Shown: positions 28,638 through 39,254, counted from the stretch's first letter. The stretch: 64,000 bases of DNA from Mariniblastus sp. (GCA_045105295.1 JBGCDK010000105.1:3445-67444); one strand, 5' to 3'. Numbers and translations: made by a program. Notes: a model not told the origin generated them from the letters alone.

Positions 28638-29903
28638 ATGGATCAAATAGCAGACTCAAGCAGTACCGGCAATTTCCAAGTTGCGTCTCAGGTTTCACCA
28701 AAGCCTCATGGATTCCGACCAACTGTCGACACCGTGAGTTTCATGAATGAACAGGACGAGTTGCGCACTTCGAAGATCATGATCATCGATGATGAGCAGT
28801 TGGTTATTCGTGTTGTCAGACGCTTTCTTTCATCTGATGGGTACGAGAATTTTTTCACAGTGACGGACCCCCGTGACGCTCTCGAAGCAATCGATCGTGA
28901 GAAACCGGATGTCGTGCTATTGGACATCATGATGCCGCACATCACTGGTTTAGATCTATTGAAGGTCAGGCAGAAAACACCAGCGTTTCAGCCGATCCCG
29001 TTCATCATTCTGAGTGCAAATTCGGAGAATCAGATCAAACGTGAAGCTCTGCAACTCGGGGCGACTGACTTTTTGAGCAAGCCTGTCGATCCGAGTGATT
29101 TGATCCTTCGGGTTCAAAATGCTTTAACAGTTAAACGTCACCATGATCACTTGGCCAACTATGCGGTAGAGCTTGAAAAACAGGTCCGAGAGCGTACGCA
29201 TCAAATCGAGAAATCTCGTGAGCAGATCATCCATTGCTTGGCTCGTGCAGCGGAATATCGCGACAACGAGACGGGTGAACACGTTATTCGAGTTGGAAAG
29301 TACTGTGCTGTGATTGCGGAGCAACTTGGGTTTGGTCCTGAGTATTGCCATGAGATAGAGCTTGCCGCTCAGTTGCACGACGTGGGCAAAATTGGAATTC
29401 CAGATTCCGTGTTGTTGAATCCAGGGAAACTGAACAACGCAGAATTTGAAGTCATGAAAACGCATTGCGGGTTGGGCATGCAAATCATGGAGCCGCTGGC
29501 CGATTCTGAGGGCGAGCGAATCCGCCGGCACACCGACATGGGCGGATTCATCATGGACGGCGTTGACTCGCCGATGTTGGAACTGGCCGCGACCATCGCG
29601 CGAACTCACCACGAAAAGTGGGATGGAACGGGATATCCATTTCAGCTGAAGGGTGATGCGATTCCGATCGAAGGCCGGATCTGCTGTGTCGCAGACGTTT
29701 ACGATGCACTTTGCAGCGAGCGTCCGTACAAGCCAAAATTCCCGATTAAAAAATGCCTGGAGATCATGATCTCCGAACGTGGCACTCGTTTTGATCCAAT
29801 TGTTTTGGACGCGTTCTTTGAGCGAATTGATGATGTCGAAACCATTCGCAAAGCGTACGACGACAAGCACAAGGTTGAGTTGATCGAAGGTCAAAAGGCG
29901 TAG
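28638..29903 (+). CDS. Response regulator with HD-GYP c-di-GMP phosphodiesterase domain
   Basis: REC IIDD..LLDIMMP..KP; LHDVGKIG, HHEKWDGTGYP, ADVYDAL...RPYK. Confidence 0.93.
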   Translation: MDQIADSSSTGNFQVASQVSPKPHGFRPTVDTVSFMNEQDELRTSKIMIIDDEQLVIRVVRRFLSSDGYENFFTVTDPRDALEAIDREKPDVVLLDIMMPHITGLDLLKVRQKTPAFQPIPFIILSANSENQIKREALQLGATDFLSKPVDPSDLILRVQNALTVKRHHDHLANYAVELEKQVRERTHQIEKSREQIIHCLARAAEYRDNETGEHVIRVGKYCAVIAEQLGFGPEYCHEIELAAQLHDVGKIGIPDSVLLNPGKLNNAEFEVMKTHCGLGMQIMEPLADSEGERIRRHTDMGGFIMDGVDSPMLELAATIARTHHEKWDGTGYPFQLKGDAIPIEGRICCVADVYDALCSERPYKPKFPIKKCLEIMISERGTRFDPIVLDAFFERIDDVETIRKAYDDKHKVELIEGQKA

Positions 29904-30027
29904 GCAAGTGAGGCCACGCTTGGACGCGACGCGACTTTGATCAAACAGCTGGGCTAAACGATTCGCACGATCCAGAAATTTGATTTTGAAATCGCGATTC
30001 CGTTTGCATAGCCGCCGGCGATGTCCA

Positions 30028-30909
30028 CTATGGCAGGGTCAAGCGATTGGCAAATTTACCCTTTGGCGGTGCACCTACCAAAGCCGGTGCTTTGCCGTCA
30101 TCAGCGTAAAGCGTGCCGTTGCTTCGCATGCCATAAAGCGTGTAGCCATATTGTTTGAGTAGGGCACACATGTCTTCGCGGTTGGTACCACTTCGGCCAA
30201 GTGCTTCGCGATTGGCTTCGGTGATAAAAACTGGTGGGTTGTCACACGTGAGCAGATTCTTTGCGCCTTTGAATGCTTCGTGCTCGAAACCTTCGCAGTC
30301 GACTTTCATTAGTGAAATCTCGCCTTTGTGCTGGGCCAAATCTTCGTCTAGCGTTACGACTTTTACCGTTTCTGTTGTGTTGTTGGCAACGTCGTCGCCT
30401 TCAGTAGCTACATAGCCAAGTGCACTTTCGCGTTCTGGGTCGCCTTCGATGACGAAAGTGACTTCGCCGGGCTCACTGCCGATTGCGACTTCACGAACGG
30501 TGATGTTGTCCATCGCATTCAAAGCGATGTTCTCTTTCAAGATACCAGCAATACGTTTGGCCGGTTCATAGCAAATGTTTTTGGAACTTTTGACTGCCAT
30601 CAAAGTCGCGAACCAACCAAAGTTGGATCCAACATCGACTGTGGTGTCCTCTGGTTTGATGACGGTTGTCATGAAGTTCGTTAGCGACGGTTCGAAAATC
30701 CCGTCGTAGACAACTTGCAAGAACAAGCGGTCCGGGATCATTACGAACTTGCGCCCATCATTGGCAACGACCTCGCCGCCTTTTTCGGATGGCAGCAACG
30801 CCGCGCCGATTTTGCGTTTTAGGTAGCGAGGCAGAACCGCACGCACGCCACTCACGAGCCATGGAACTTTGCGTGTCAGTCCTGCAAATTTTGTGAATAT
30901 ACCAGCCAT
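30028..30909 (-). CDS. FkbM family methyltransferase
   Basis: VDVGSNFGWF, YEP, TLDE, MKVDCEGFE. Confidence 0.9.
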   Translation of the reverse strand: MAGIFTKFAGLTRKVPWLVSGVRAVLPRYLKRKIGAALLPSEKGGEVVANDGRKFVMIPDRLFLQVVYDGIFEPSLTNFMTTVIKPEDTTVDVGSNFGWFATLMAVKSSKNICYEPAKRIAGILKENIALNAMDNITVREVAIGSEPGEVTFVIEGDPERESALGYVATEGDDVANNTTETVKVVTLDEDLAQHKGEISLMKVDCEGFEHEAFKGAKNLLTCDNPPVFITEANREALGRSGTNREDMCALLKQYGYTLYGMRSNGTLYADDGKAPALVGAPPKGKFANRLTLP

Positions 30910-30969
30910 CTTGAACCTCGATCTATCTCGAATAACGCTTTGATTTTGTTGCTTTGGTTCGTGTTGAAC

Positions 30970-31827
30970 CTAGACTGCTTCAGTTTCTTGTTTTGTCTGA
31001 TGCACCCAGTCGCTAGATGACTCGTACCCCAAATCGATCAGTTGCTTGCCACCGTATTCGTTGAATGCTTCTCTGGCTGCTTGATTGAAATGGTTTTTCC
31101 AGTCACCAGCGATACCCTTGCGAATGAAGTTGCCTTTTTGGGTCTGGCCAGGTTTACGACCTGTCAATTTTTCAAAACTGTAGGCCGATATAATGCCCGC
31201 CAGTTTTTCTTGGTCCATTTTTGAACCGGTCAAATGAGTGACCGCGCGGTTCATCGTCCCCGTCGCGTCATCCAACAGGTCTTCATATTTTACTACCAAA
31301 GCGTCCTTATCTTTCCAGGAATCAACGTAGCTTGACCAAGTGCAGCGGTAACTCCACGCCTTCGAGAAATCGGTAAACATGTATTCGATAAACCGAGGTA
31401 GGTTGGTTTCAATATCGTCGTAGTCTTTGAACTGCAGAAAGTTTCGTTTCTTTTCAACGGCGTAGGGCAAGTTCGCGTTGTTGTTAAATAGGAAATGGTA
31501 ATACGACGAAACCATGATGTCCCGGCCATCACGCATGACAACGGAGACGTTGTGAAATCGTTTGCTGTAGAGGAACACGCCGTGCATGATGCACGTTTCA
31601 AATTTTGGTGGGTTGTAATTTCGAGCAAACGGTAGTTCCAAACACTCGGCTAACATTTGGCTATACCACGTGCCACCTGATTTAGGAAATTCAGTGACGA
31701 GATACAGTGGAAGTGACTTTGAAAATCCGTTCCACATCAAAATTCGTTTCACGCCGCGAGCGCGCATCACCCACCGAGATGGGGCTTTCTCGACTTCGAC
31801 AATGTTGGGATTGGCTTTAGTGTTCAT
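30970..31827 (-). CDS. PAPS-dependent sulfotransferase (Sulfotransfer_1)
   Basis: EFPKSGGTW (5'-PSB), RDGRDIMVS (3'-PB), KYEDL, FIRKGIAGDWKNHF. Confidence 0.9.
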   Translation of the reverse strand: MNTKANPNIVEVEKAPSRWVMRARGVKRILMWNGFSKSLPLYLVTEFPKSGGTWYSQMLAECLELPFARNYNPPKFETCIMHGVFLYSKRFHNVSVVMRDGRDIMVSSYYHFLFNNNANLPYAVEKKRNFLQFKDYDDIETNLPRFIEYMFTDFSKAWSYRCTWSSYVDSWKDKDALVVKYEDLLDDATGTMNRAVTHLTGSKMDQEKLAGIISAYSFEKLTGRKPGQTQKGNFIRKGIAGDWKNHFNQAAREAFNEYGGKQLIDLGYESSSDWVHQTKQETEAV

Positions 31828-31854
31828 GGTAATGATGTGTGTTGGGCGAATTTT

Positions 31855-33228
31855 CTAAGCGGTTCGGGGAAGTTTGCTTGATTTCGTGTTCGAGTCAGTC
31901 AATGACTGAGCCAGTTGGTTGATCAAGTTTTTCCAGCGAACCAGCTGCACTTCTTTGACCAAGTGTTGCTGTGCGAATAGCTTGGCTGGCTCTCTCATTG
32001 CTTCAATTTTATCTCGATTGTGATAAGCAGTCAGGATCGTTTCTTTGAGAGCTTCGGGGGCTTCACCACGGCAAGCGTAGCCAAGATTATTTTCGACAGT
32101 CATCTGGTACAGTCGACTCTCCTCTTCAATCACCATCAGCAATGGGCAGCCCATCGCGAGGTAGCTGCTGGTTTTGCAAGGATGAGCAACGCGAAAAACG
32201 TCGGGCATGAGACTCACAATGGCAAGGTCGGCGGCTTGAATGATTTTGTCTGCTACTGCGACCGGCTGATGCGGGTAGAACAAAACGGTTTTACCGTTCA
32301 GATCTCCCGCCATTTCTATCAAGCGTTTCTTTGCGGCTCCTTCGCCCAGAATGACAATCTCAATGTCAGTTTGATCGGCGAGTAACTGCGCCGCACGAAC
32401 GACATTGTCGAGAGCTTGAAACATGCCAACGTTGCCGGCGTAGACCAAGCGAAACTTTCCTGGTGTCCGCTGGAATTCAGAAGGTACTTCGGAAGGCTCG
32501 TTTCCAAAACTGGTCGGGTTAAAGTCACTAATGATGTGCATTTTTTGCTTGGCAGCGTCCAGCCGTGGCGTTACTTGGCCGGCTGCGTCTTTGTAGCGTT
32601 CTAAAAACGTGTTTGCCATGTCTTGCGACAGCACAACGACAGCGTCAGCGGAATCACAGGTTCGACGGTCAAGTGTGCGGGCGATTTTTGCTTTGATGCT
32701 GCCCTTTTTTAGTTTGCCAGTGTAGGTCGAAGACTCTGGATGGATGTCCATGCAATAGTAAACAAATTTTGAGCCACGAAGCTTGGCAGCGGCGCTAAGT
32801 ACAAAACCGGAAATGACAGGCGGAAAAGTCAGCCCCATCACCAGGTCGTACTTCTTTCGTCGAATCACGATGTGACAAAAAGCGAAACTTAAAAACATCA
32901 AAAAATGCATCAGTCGCAACAACGGGTTACGCGACTTTTCAAGTGGCAACCAACAACGCAAAACGTTGAGTTTGCCGACCGTTTGACGAGATGGCTGTCG
33001 CGGAATTTCCACGGTTGGTTTGTAGCATGGTTGGCTGGTGTAAACCGAAACGTCGTGTCCGGCGTCGGCCCAGGAGTCACAGATGGATCGCAGGATCGAT
33101 GCAACGGGGGGCGTGTCTGGCCAAAAATACCGATGAACAACCAGCACGTTCAAGGCGCGCACATCAACGTCGGAAGTTGTGGCACTTCGGAGCGCGGGTT
33201 GATTCGGATCTTGGATTGTTTGTGACAT
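31855..33228 (-). CDS. Glycosyltransferase family 4, WbuB-like
   Basis: YFWPD, T.PP, MDIHPE, YAGNVG..Q.L, PCKTSSYLAMG.P. Confidence 0.88.
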   Translation of the reverse strand: MSQTIQDPNQPALRSATTSDVDVRALNVLVVHRYFWPDTPPVASILRSICDSWADAGHDVSVYTSQPCYKPTVEIPRQPSRQTVGKLNVLRCWLPLEKSRNPLLRLMHFLMFLSFAFCHIVIRRKKYDLVMGLTFPPVISGFVLSAAAKLRGSKFVYYCMDIHPESSTYTGKLKKGSIKAKIARTLDRRTCDSADAVVVLSQDMANTFLERYKDAAGQVTPRLDAAKQKMHIISDFNPTSFGNEPSEVPSEFQRTPGKFRLVYAGNVGMFQALDNVVRAAQLLADQTDIEIVILGEGAAKKRLIEMAGDLNGKTVLFYPHQPVAVADKIIQAADLAIVSLMPDVFRVAHPCKTSSYLAMGCPLLMVIEEESRLYQMTVENNLGYACRGEAPEALKETILTAYHNRDKIEAMREPAKLFAQQHLVKEVQLVRWKNLINQLAQSLTDSNTKSSKLPRTA

Positions 33229-33256
33229 TTTGTGAGAAGATTGAGGTGGGGCTGAC

Positions 33257-34384
33257 TTAGTTGAACTTCTTCCAAGTCGTTCGGTTGATGTAGTTGGTGT
33301 AGCTCAACACGATGCGAGAGACCTTCTTTGAGAAATTGTCGACATCGTAATCAGCAACGACTCGGAACTGGCGATTCTCAAAATCGAATTGGGAAACAAC
33401 GACGTCGATTGAGTGCATGACGTCATCTTTTTTCAAACCCGTCATGATCAACACGCCTTCGTCCATTCCTTCGGGGCGCTCGTGTGCTTGGCGAATGGTG
33501 ATTGCGGGAAAGTTCAGGATGGACGACTCTTCGGTGATCGTGCCGCTATCGGAAATCACACAGTAGGCTTCCATTTGCATTTTGATGTAATCGAAGAATC
33601 CCATTGGTTTCAGGAACTGCACGCGTGGGTCCATATCGTCGCGATTTAGTTGTTCCAGTTTCTTCCGCGTGCGCGGGTGAGTCGAAACAATGACGGGCAT
33701 GTCGTACTTCTGTGTGATTGCGTTGAGCGAATCCAACATGTCATTAAAGTTTTGTTCCGAATCGACGTTCTCTTCGCGGTGAGCGCTGACGATAAAGAAT
33801 TTTTGTTTTTCAACACCCAAACGTGTGAGGATGTCGGACGCTTTGATGTCGTCCATGTTGTGCATCAAGATCTCTTTCATAGGAGACCCCGTTTTCACAA
33901 TAGTGTCTGGACGAATCCCTTCAGCCAAGAGGTAGCGGCGGGCGTGCTCGGTCAACGGCATGTTGATGTCGCTTAAGTGATCAACAATTTTTCGGTTCAA
34001 TTCTTCGGGAACGCGTTGGTCGAAACATCGGTTTCCGGCTTCGAAATGAAACACAGGAATCTTTCGACGTTTGGCCGCGATGACAGCGAGACAACTGTTG
34101 GTGTCACCATAAAGCAAGATCGCATCTGGCTGCTCGATCTCCATCACGTCGTCGGATTTTGCGATCACGGCGCCGATCGTGTGGGCGACGCTTTTGCCGG
34201 CTACTTCGAGAAAGTGATCTGGTTTGGGAACACCGAGGTTCTCGAAAAAGACTTCATTCAATTCGTAGTCATAGTTCTGGCCGGTGTGAACCAGCACATG
34301 GTCGACAAATTTTTCAAGCTCGGCAATGACGCGACTTAGTTTGATAATCTCTGGGCGCGTGCCCACAATGGTCATGACTTTCAT
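33257..34384 (-). CDS. Non-hydrolysing UDP-sugar 2-epimerase, FnlC/QnlB (WbjD/Cap5G)-type
   Basis: GTRPEIIKLS, HTGQNYDYELNEVFF, EAGNRCFDQRVPEE, SDSGTITEESS, RQAHERPEG. Confidence 0.9.
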   Translation of the reverse strand: MKVMTIVGTRPEIIKLSRVIAELEKFVDHVLVHTGQNYDYELNEVFFENLGVPKPDHFLEVAGKSVAHTIGAVIAKSDDVMEIEQPDAILLYGDTNSCLAVIAAKRRKIPVFHFEAGNRCFDQRVPEELNRKIVDHLSDINMPLTEHARRYLLAEGIRPDTIVKTGSPMKEILMHNMDDIKASDILTRLGVEKQKFFIVSAHREENVDSEQNFNDMLDSLNAITQKYDMPVIVSTHPRTRKKLEQLNRDDMDPRVQFLKPMGFFDYIKMQMEAYCVISDSGTITEESSILNFPAITIRQAHERPEGMDEGVLIMTGLKKDDVMHSIDVVVSQFDFENRQFRVVADYDVDNFSKKVSRIVLSYTNYINRTTWKKFN

Positions 34385-34522
34385 TGAATCTCTCTCGGAT
34401 GTTTGGCAGCCGTTGGTAGTTGGCTGAAGTAACGTGGTTTAGGGTTGTAAATTTTTCATCGCGCAAAACGACACAGACGCCGTCGACGATAGTCAGTCAG
34501 CCGAATAGTGGCTGGGTTTTGT

Positions 34523-35659
34523 TTATTGGTTCAGCGAATCAATCAAGGCTTCGGAAGTGTACGCAATTTGCTCTTCGGTCAGCCCAATCCAAGTCGGCAA
34601 GCAGATGCCGCGGTGGAAACACTCGACTGAGTTCGGGAACTCAACACTGTCGTAGCCGAGATGTTCGTAGCACGGCTGCTGATGGAGCGGGTAAAACACA
34701 CTTCGCGGTTCGATCCCACGGGCACCCATGTAGTCCATTGTTTTCTGCGCGTCGTCAACGAAAACAATGACACGGAATGGAATGTGTTGGAAATCGTCTC
34801 GAAGTTTCAAGAATTCGACGTGATCGGATAAATGTTCACGATACAGCCGATAGATTTTTTGCTTTTCCGTGATAATGTGATCGAGCTTGCTTAGTTGTGA
34901 ACAACCAAGCGCAGCTTGCATGTCGGTGATGCGAAAGTTGTACCCAATCTCGGGATGCACAAATGTGCCGCTGCGAATGCGGCCTTGGTTTCGCATGTAA
35001 ACCATTTTGTCGTAAACCTCTTGGTGAGGTGTCACAATAAATCCGCCTTCGGCTGTGGTTATCGTTTTGTCTGCGTAAAACGAAAATGTCCCAACGTCGC
35101 CGTAGGTGCCTAGGTGTTTCGTGCCATTGGTGACGGCAAGGGATTGGGCAGCGTCTTCGACCAACAACAAATTGTTGTCGTCACAGAACTGTTTGACCTC
35201 TTCGATGTTGCTACACGCGGTGCCGAACAAATGCGCGATCACCATGCCTTTTGTTTTCGGCGTGAGTTTGATCTTGCTCAGGTCGATCGTCATGTCGTCG
35301 TAGGACGGAATGTCGACAAACACTGGAGTCGCACCAGCCATTTCCACCGCATTGGCAGACGCAATAAAGGTAACGTTCTGCACTAGCATTTCGTCGCCAG
35401 CACCGATGCCTAGAGCCTTGAGTGCGAGATAGATGGCCAGTGTTCCATTGCATGCGAACACGCCGTGCGGGCTGCCGATAATTTCCAACAGCTCACTGTG
35501 GAATCGTTTGGCGAATGGACCTTCGGCGATGTAGTTGTTTTCGAAAACGGGCGCGATGAAATCGTAATCGCTTTTGTCGACGAAAGATCGAAACTGCGGC
35601 ACGTGCATTTTTGGTTTAACATCACTTGAATTGTCAGCTGGAATTTTGTCTGTGGCCAT
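34523..35659 (-). CDS. DegT/DnrJ/EryC1/StrS aminotransferase
   Basis: CNGTLA, EDAAQS, SFYADKTITTAEGG, GYNFRITDMQAALG. Confidence 0.92.
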   Translation of the reverse strand: MATDKIPADNSSDVKPKMHVPQFRSFVDKSDYDFIAPVFENNYIAEGPFAKRFHSELLEIIGSPHGVFACNGTLAIYLALKALGIGAGDEMLVQNVTFIASANAVEMAGATPVFVDIPSYDDMTIDLSKIKLTPKTKGMVIAHLFGTACSNIEEVKQFCDDNNLLLVEDAAQSLAVTNGTKHLGTYGDVGTFSFYADKTITTAEGGFIVTPHQEVYDKMVYMRNQGRIRSGTFVHPEIGYNFRITDMQAALGCSQLSKLDHIITEKQKIYRLYREHLSDHVEFLKLRDDFQHIPFRVIVFVDDAQKTMDYMGARGIEPRSVFYPLHQQPCYEHLGYDSVEFPNSVECFHRGICLPTWIGLTEEQIAYTSEALIDSLNQ

Positions 35660-35711
35660 GGTGCACTCGTTATTGACGAGGAGAAAGGAAAAGTCTGTTT
35701 CAGGGATTGGT

Positions 35712-36599
35712 CTAACGTTTGATTTTGTCGTAGAGAGTTTCGCTTGCCAGTTCGGCGAGCATCTCTTGCCATGAAGGCACTGTGAGTTTCATTTTGTCTC
35801 GAAGCAAAGTCCCGTTCAGCGAAGCCTTGCATACGAAGTCCGACTCGGGAACAATCTCAACATCCATTTTGAATGCGTCACGTGCGAGGCACAGTAAATC
35901 GAATTTGGAAATGGCTTCGGGGGACGACAGTTGGTGGAGACCGTTGATGTCGGGATGCGATTCAATGATGTCGCCAACAACCTTGCTCATCACGATCGTG
36001 GAAACGCCTGTGTAAAGTGCGTTTGTGAATCCCTTGATCGTTTTGCCGTTTTGCTGCAAAAACCATTCGAGCAACTCGGAAAACACGTCGAGTTCACGTC
36101 CGATGAAACTGGAGCGGATCGTTAGCGAATGGTCGTATCGAATTTCGCCAAGTGCTTTTGTTTGGCCGTATTCATCTTCTGCAGTTGTGATGCTTTGCTC
36201 GTCGTAGTCGCCTTTGGTTCCATCAAAAACACAATCGGTACTAAAGTGAATCACTCTCGCGTTGTTTTTCAGGCCCCAGTCTGCAAGTCGATGCGGCAAC
36301 AATGCGTTGACCGTGATCGCCTCAAGTGGAACCTTAACCTCAGGCCGACGTTTTGTGATGCCGACGCAGTTGAGGACGACGTCGGGGGAAACGCTATGCA
36401 TGATGCCGCGGAGTTTGTCAAAATCGTGAACGTCAACGTTGTCGATAATCCGATCGGTTTCGAACAAGCCGGTATCTGCGAAACAGTTGCGAGAACGATG
36501 CAGCGTGCCGAAAACCGTGCCGAATCGTTCGGACAATAGTTCAAAGAGTTTGTGCCCGATCAAGCCGGAAGCACCAAGAATTAAAATGCGTTTTCCCAA
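35712..36599 (-). CDS. RmlD-like NAD(P)H-dependent sugar 4-reductase (QnlA/WbvR-like)
   Basis: GASGLIG, NCVG, STDCVFDG, YGQTKALGE. Confidence 0.85.
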   Translation of the reverse strand: MGKRILILGASGLIGHKLFELLSERFGTVFGTLHRSRNCFADTGLFETDRIIDNVDVHDFDKLRGIMHSVSPDVVLNCVGITKRRPEVKVPLEAITVNALLPHRLADWGLKNNARVIHFSTDCVFDGTKGDYDEQSITTAEDEYGQTKALGEIRYDHSLTIRSSFIGRELDVFSELLEWFLQQNGKTIKGFTNALYTGVSTIVMSKVVGDIIESHPDINGLHQLSSPEAISKFDLLCLARDAFKMDVEIVPESDFVCKASLNGTLLRDKMKLTVPSWQEMLAELASETLYDKIKR

Positions 36600-36729
36600 A
36601 GTTCAGTACTCTTTTTTCAATGTTTAGGTTTTGAGTGGATCGAGTGGAGATCGCTTGCTCGAGAAAGGTCTGAATAGAGCAAGCAGAAATCATTTGCAAG
36701 ATCTTCGGCTTGTACTCGGAACTGAAAGC

Positions 36730-37764
36730 CTACGCAGAAGCCGTAATTCCCAACTCGGTTTTGATCTCCGGAAGTGACAACAGGAGTTCCTTTGTCTCTT
36801 CAACGTTCAACATTTTTCCGCTGTCCGATGCGTAGTCTTGAGTCGCGTCAAGTTCCGGATCGCCTTGAGTGAAGTATTTTGAATAATCAAGATCCCGTTC
36901 GTCCATTGAGATCCGGAAGAAATCACCCATGTCCTCGGCGCGACGAAGTTCTTCTGCACTGGCGAGTACTTCATGAAGTTTCTCGCCATGGCGTGTTCCG
37001 ATATGGTGAACGTCGACTGTGCTTTCGAATAATTCTTTCAAAGCAACGACGAGGGTATCGATCGTGCATGCGACAGCTTTCTTGATGAAAATGTCGCCTT
37101 GTTGTGCGTTAGTGAACGCGAATTGGACCAGTTCAACTGATTGGCTGAGCGGTAACATAAATCGAGTCATGCGCGGGTCGGTCACGGTGATCGCGGAGTT
37201 TTCTTTGATCTGGCGAATGAACAGTGGAATCACTGATCCGCGGGAGTACATCACATTACCGTAACGAACTGAGCAGACTTTTGTGTCGGATTTCTTGAGA
37301 CGCCGCGCGAAAGATTGAGCGACTTTTTCCATCAATGCCTTGGTCATGCCCATCGTGTTGACGGGATAGACGGCTTTGTCTGTTCCGAGGCAAACGCAGC
37401 AATCGACTTTATGGTTCACGGCTGCGTCAACAACGTTAAAACTGCCTGTCACGTTGGTCGCGACGGCTTCCATCGGGAAGAACTCGCACGACGGAACTTG
37501 CTTGAGTGCGGCAGCGTGGAAGACAAGGTTAACGCCCTCCATCGCCGAATCGATGCTGGACTTGTTACGAATGTCGCCGATGTAAAACTTAAGACGTGGA
37601 TTGGCAAGACGAACACGCATGTCTTCTTGTTTCCATTCGTCGCGGCTAAAAATTCGGATCTCGCCAAACCCTTGCTTTAACAAATGCATGACCATTGTTT
37701 TTCCGAAGGAGCCGGTGCCGCCGGTGATGAGAACAGTTTTATTTGAGTTGTCAGTTGTAGTCAT
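36730..37764 (-). CDS. fnlA: UDP-GlcNAc 4,6-dehydratase/5-epimerase, FnlA/WbjB/Cap5E-type
   Basis: GGTGSFG, HAAALKQVPSCEFFPMEA, DKAVYPVNTMG..KALMEK, RYGNVMYSRGSVIP, RHGEKLHE. Confidence 0.88.
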   Translation of the reverse strand: MTTTDNSNKTVLITGGTGSFGKTMVMHLLKQGFGEIRIFSRDEWKQEDMRVRLANPRLKFYIGDIRNKSSIDSAMEGVNLVFHAAALKQVPSCEFFPMEAVATNVTGSFNVVDAAVNHKVDCCVCLGTDKAVYPVNTMGMTKALMEKVAQSFARRLKKSDTKVCSVRYGNVMYSRGSVIPLFIRQIKENSAITVTDPRMTRFMLPLSQSVELVQFAFTNAQQGDIFIKKAVACTIDTLVVALKELFESTVDVHHIGTRHGEKLHEVLASAEELRRAEDMGDFFRISMDERDLDYSKYFTQGDPELDATQDYASDSGKMLNVEETKELLLSLPEIKTELGITASA

Positions 37765-37978
37765 TGAAGTGTCTCGAAATCGTGATCGCGTACAGCGAAA
37801 CCAAAAAATGGAAGGCAAGTTGAATTGCCAACGGAAAACCGTGGTGGGTGGACAGTCGCTCAGGACGAGCGATTTTATTGTGAATGGTGGGTGAGGGGTA
37901 GGTTCTATCGTAATCAGGAAAAAAAAGTGTGGGTTGAGAAATTGAAACAGCTTCGCGATGTGGACATTTCAGTTCTTG

Positions 37979-39247
37979 CTATTTGGCAAGTCGAGGGTGT
38001 CCAAATTTTGAAAAGTAACCCAGCAAAAACCACATCACGCACGCGGTGAAAGCTTGGGTAAAGTACAGCTGAGTCAAGCAGCCCAACGCGGCGAAGACGA
38101 GAATAGCAGACCAGGCTTGAAACAATAATTGTTGATCGTGAGAAACAAGCGGCTTGTATCGGTTGGCGCGAACAAATGAGATGCCAAGCAACGCGACGAA
38201 GGAAAGCATTCCAACAAGCCCGCCTTTGAGTCCAAAATCTAAAAATTGATTGTGTGGTAGGTAGAGTTTGGGAACCGCAAAGGCTTTACCGCCGGAAGTC
38301 TCGGCTCGCTCTGGGACAAACATGCGGCCAACAATCGGGCTTTCTCCGATGAAAGTAATTGCCTCCATGGCGTAGTGGGCCCGGTTTCCATCACCTTGCT
38401 GGCGACCTTTTACGTTGCCTACTCGTTTTGCAATTACTGTTTTTTGAAAAAGACTGTCATCACTTGTGTCGCCCATCTGCGAGAGCACGAAGAGCGTACC
38501 GGCACAGGCGAGAAGGACGATGCCAAACGATGGCTTCTTGTTTCGAAACATCACAACGACCAAGAACATCACCCACCCCGTTCGTGACCAGTTGATGATC
38601 ATGAAAGCGACGTGTGCGAGTATCGCGCCCCAGTACAGTTGCTTGTTTCTAAAGGATTGACCAACGAATAAAACAAATGCGAATGAAAGTGCGAGTGTAA
38701 ACGGGAAGTAGTTTCGGAACTGCGGTAGCACCATTGAGAGTTTTTGAATGTCCTTGATCAGGTTGCCAAAATTCAATCCCGAGATTCGCAACAACATCAA
38801 AAATGCGAAAGGGATGAAGATGGAAACGCCAATGACGAGTAAGCGTACGCCTTTATCGACCATGGCTTGATCGACCAAACGATGGGCCCCGAAAAAGAAG
38901 CACAGGATTGGCAAAATCGCCTGGCAATAATAAATGACGTTGAGCTTTCCTGGCTTCAACAGCATCCCGGTGATCATCGATATAGAAAAACTGAGAAGCA
39001 GGACCAGAACACAGATCGCTTCGCTGGTCAGATTGATTTCCAGTTTGGGTAGCGTGACAATGATTGACCAACCGACAGCAACGATCGCAAGGAGAGCGAC
39101 CAAATGAATTGACAGCCCCGACTCCCATGCCGCGAACGACGATTCGCTACCGATGGCAGCATCGATCAAATTCAATCGCATCGTCGATGGATTGATAAAG
39201 ATCGGTACCGCCGAGAGGGCGAATAAAAGATAGACAAGCTGACGCAT
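37979..39247 (-). CDS. Wzy-type polymerase / O-antigen ligase family membrane protein
   Basis: Multiple TM helices; SRTG, GNRAHY, PHNQFLD..LKGGLVG; directly after the flippase. Confidence 0.75.
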   Translation of the reverse strand: MRQLVYLLFALSAVPIFINPSTMRLNLIDAAIGSESSFAAWESGLSIHLVALLAIVAVGWSIIVTLPKLEINLTSEAICVLVLLLSFSISMITGMLLKPGKLNVIYYCQAILPILCFFFGAHRLVDQAMVDKGVRLLVIGVSIFIPFAFLMLLRISGLNFGNLIKDIQKLSMVLPQFRNYFPFTLALSFAFVLFVGQSFRNKQLYWGAILAHVAFMIINWSRTGWVMFLVVVMFRNKKPSFGIVLLACAGTLFVLSQMGDTSDDSLFQKTVIAKRVGNVKGRQQGDGNRAHYAMEAITFIGESPIVGRMFVPERAETSGGKAFAVPKLYLPHNQFLDFGLKGGLVGMLSFVALLGISFVRANRYKPLVSHDQQLLFQAWSAILVFAALGCLTQLYFTQAFTACVMWFLLGYFSKFGHPRLAK

Positions 39248-39254
39248 TGGAAAT

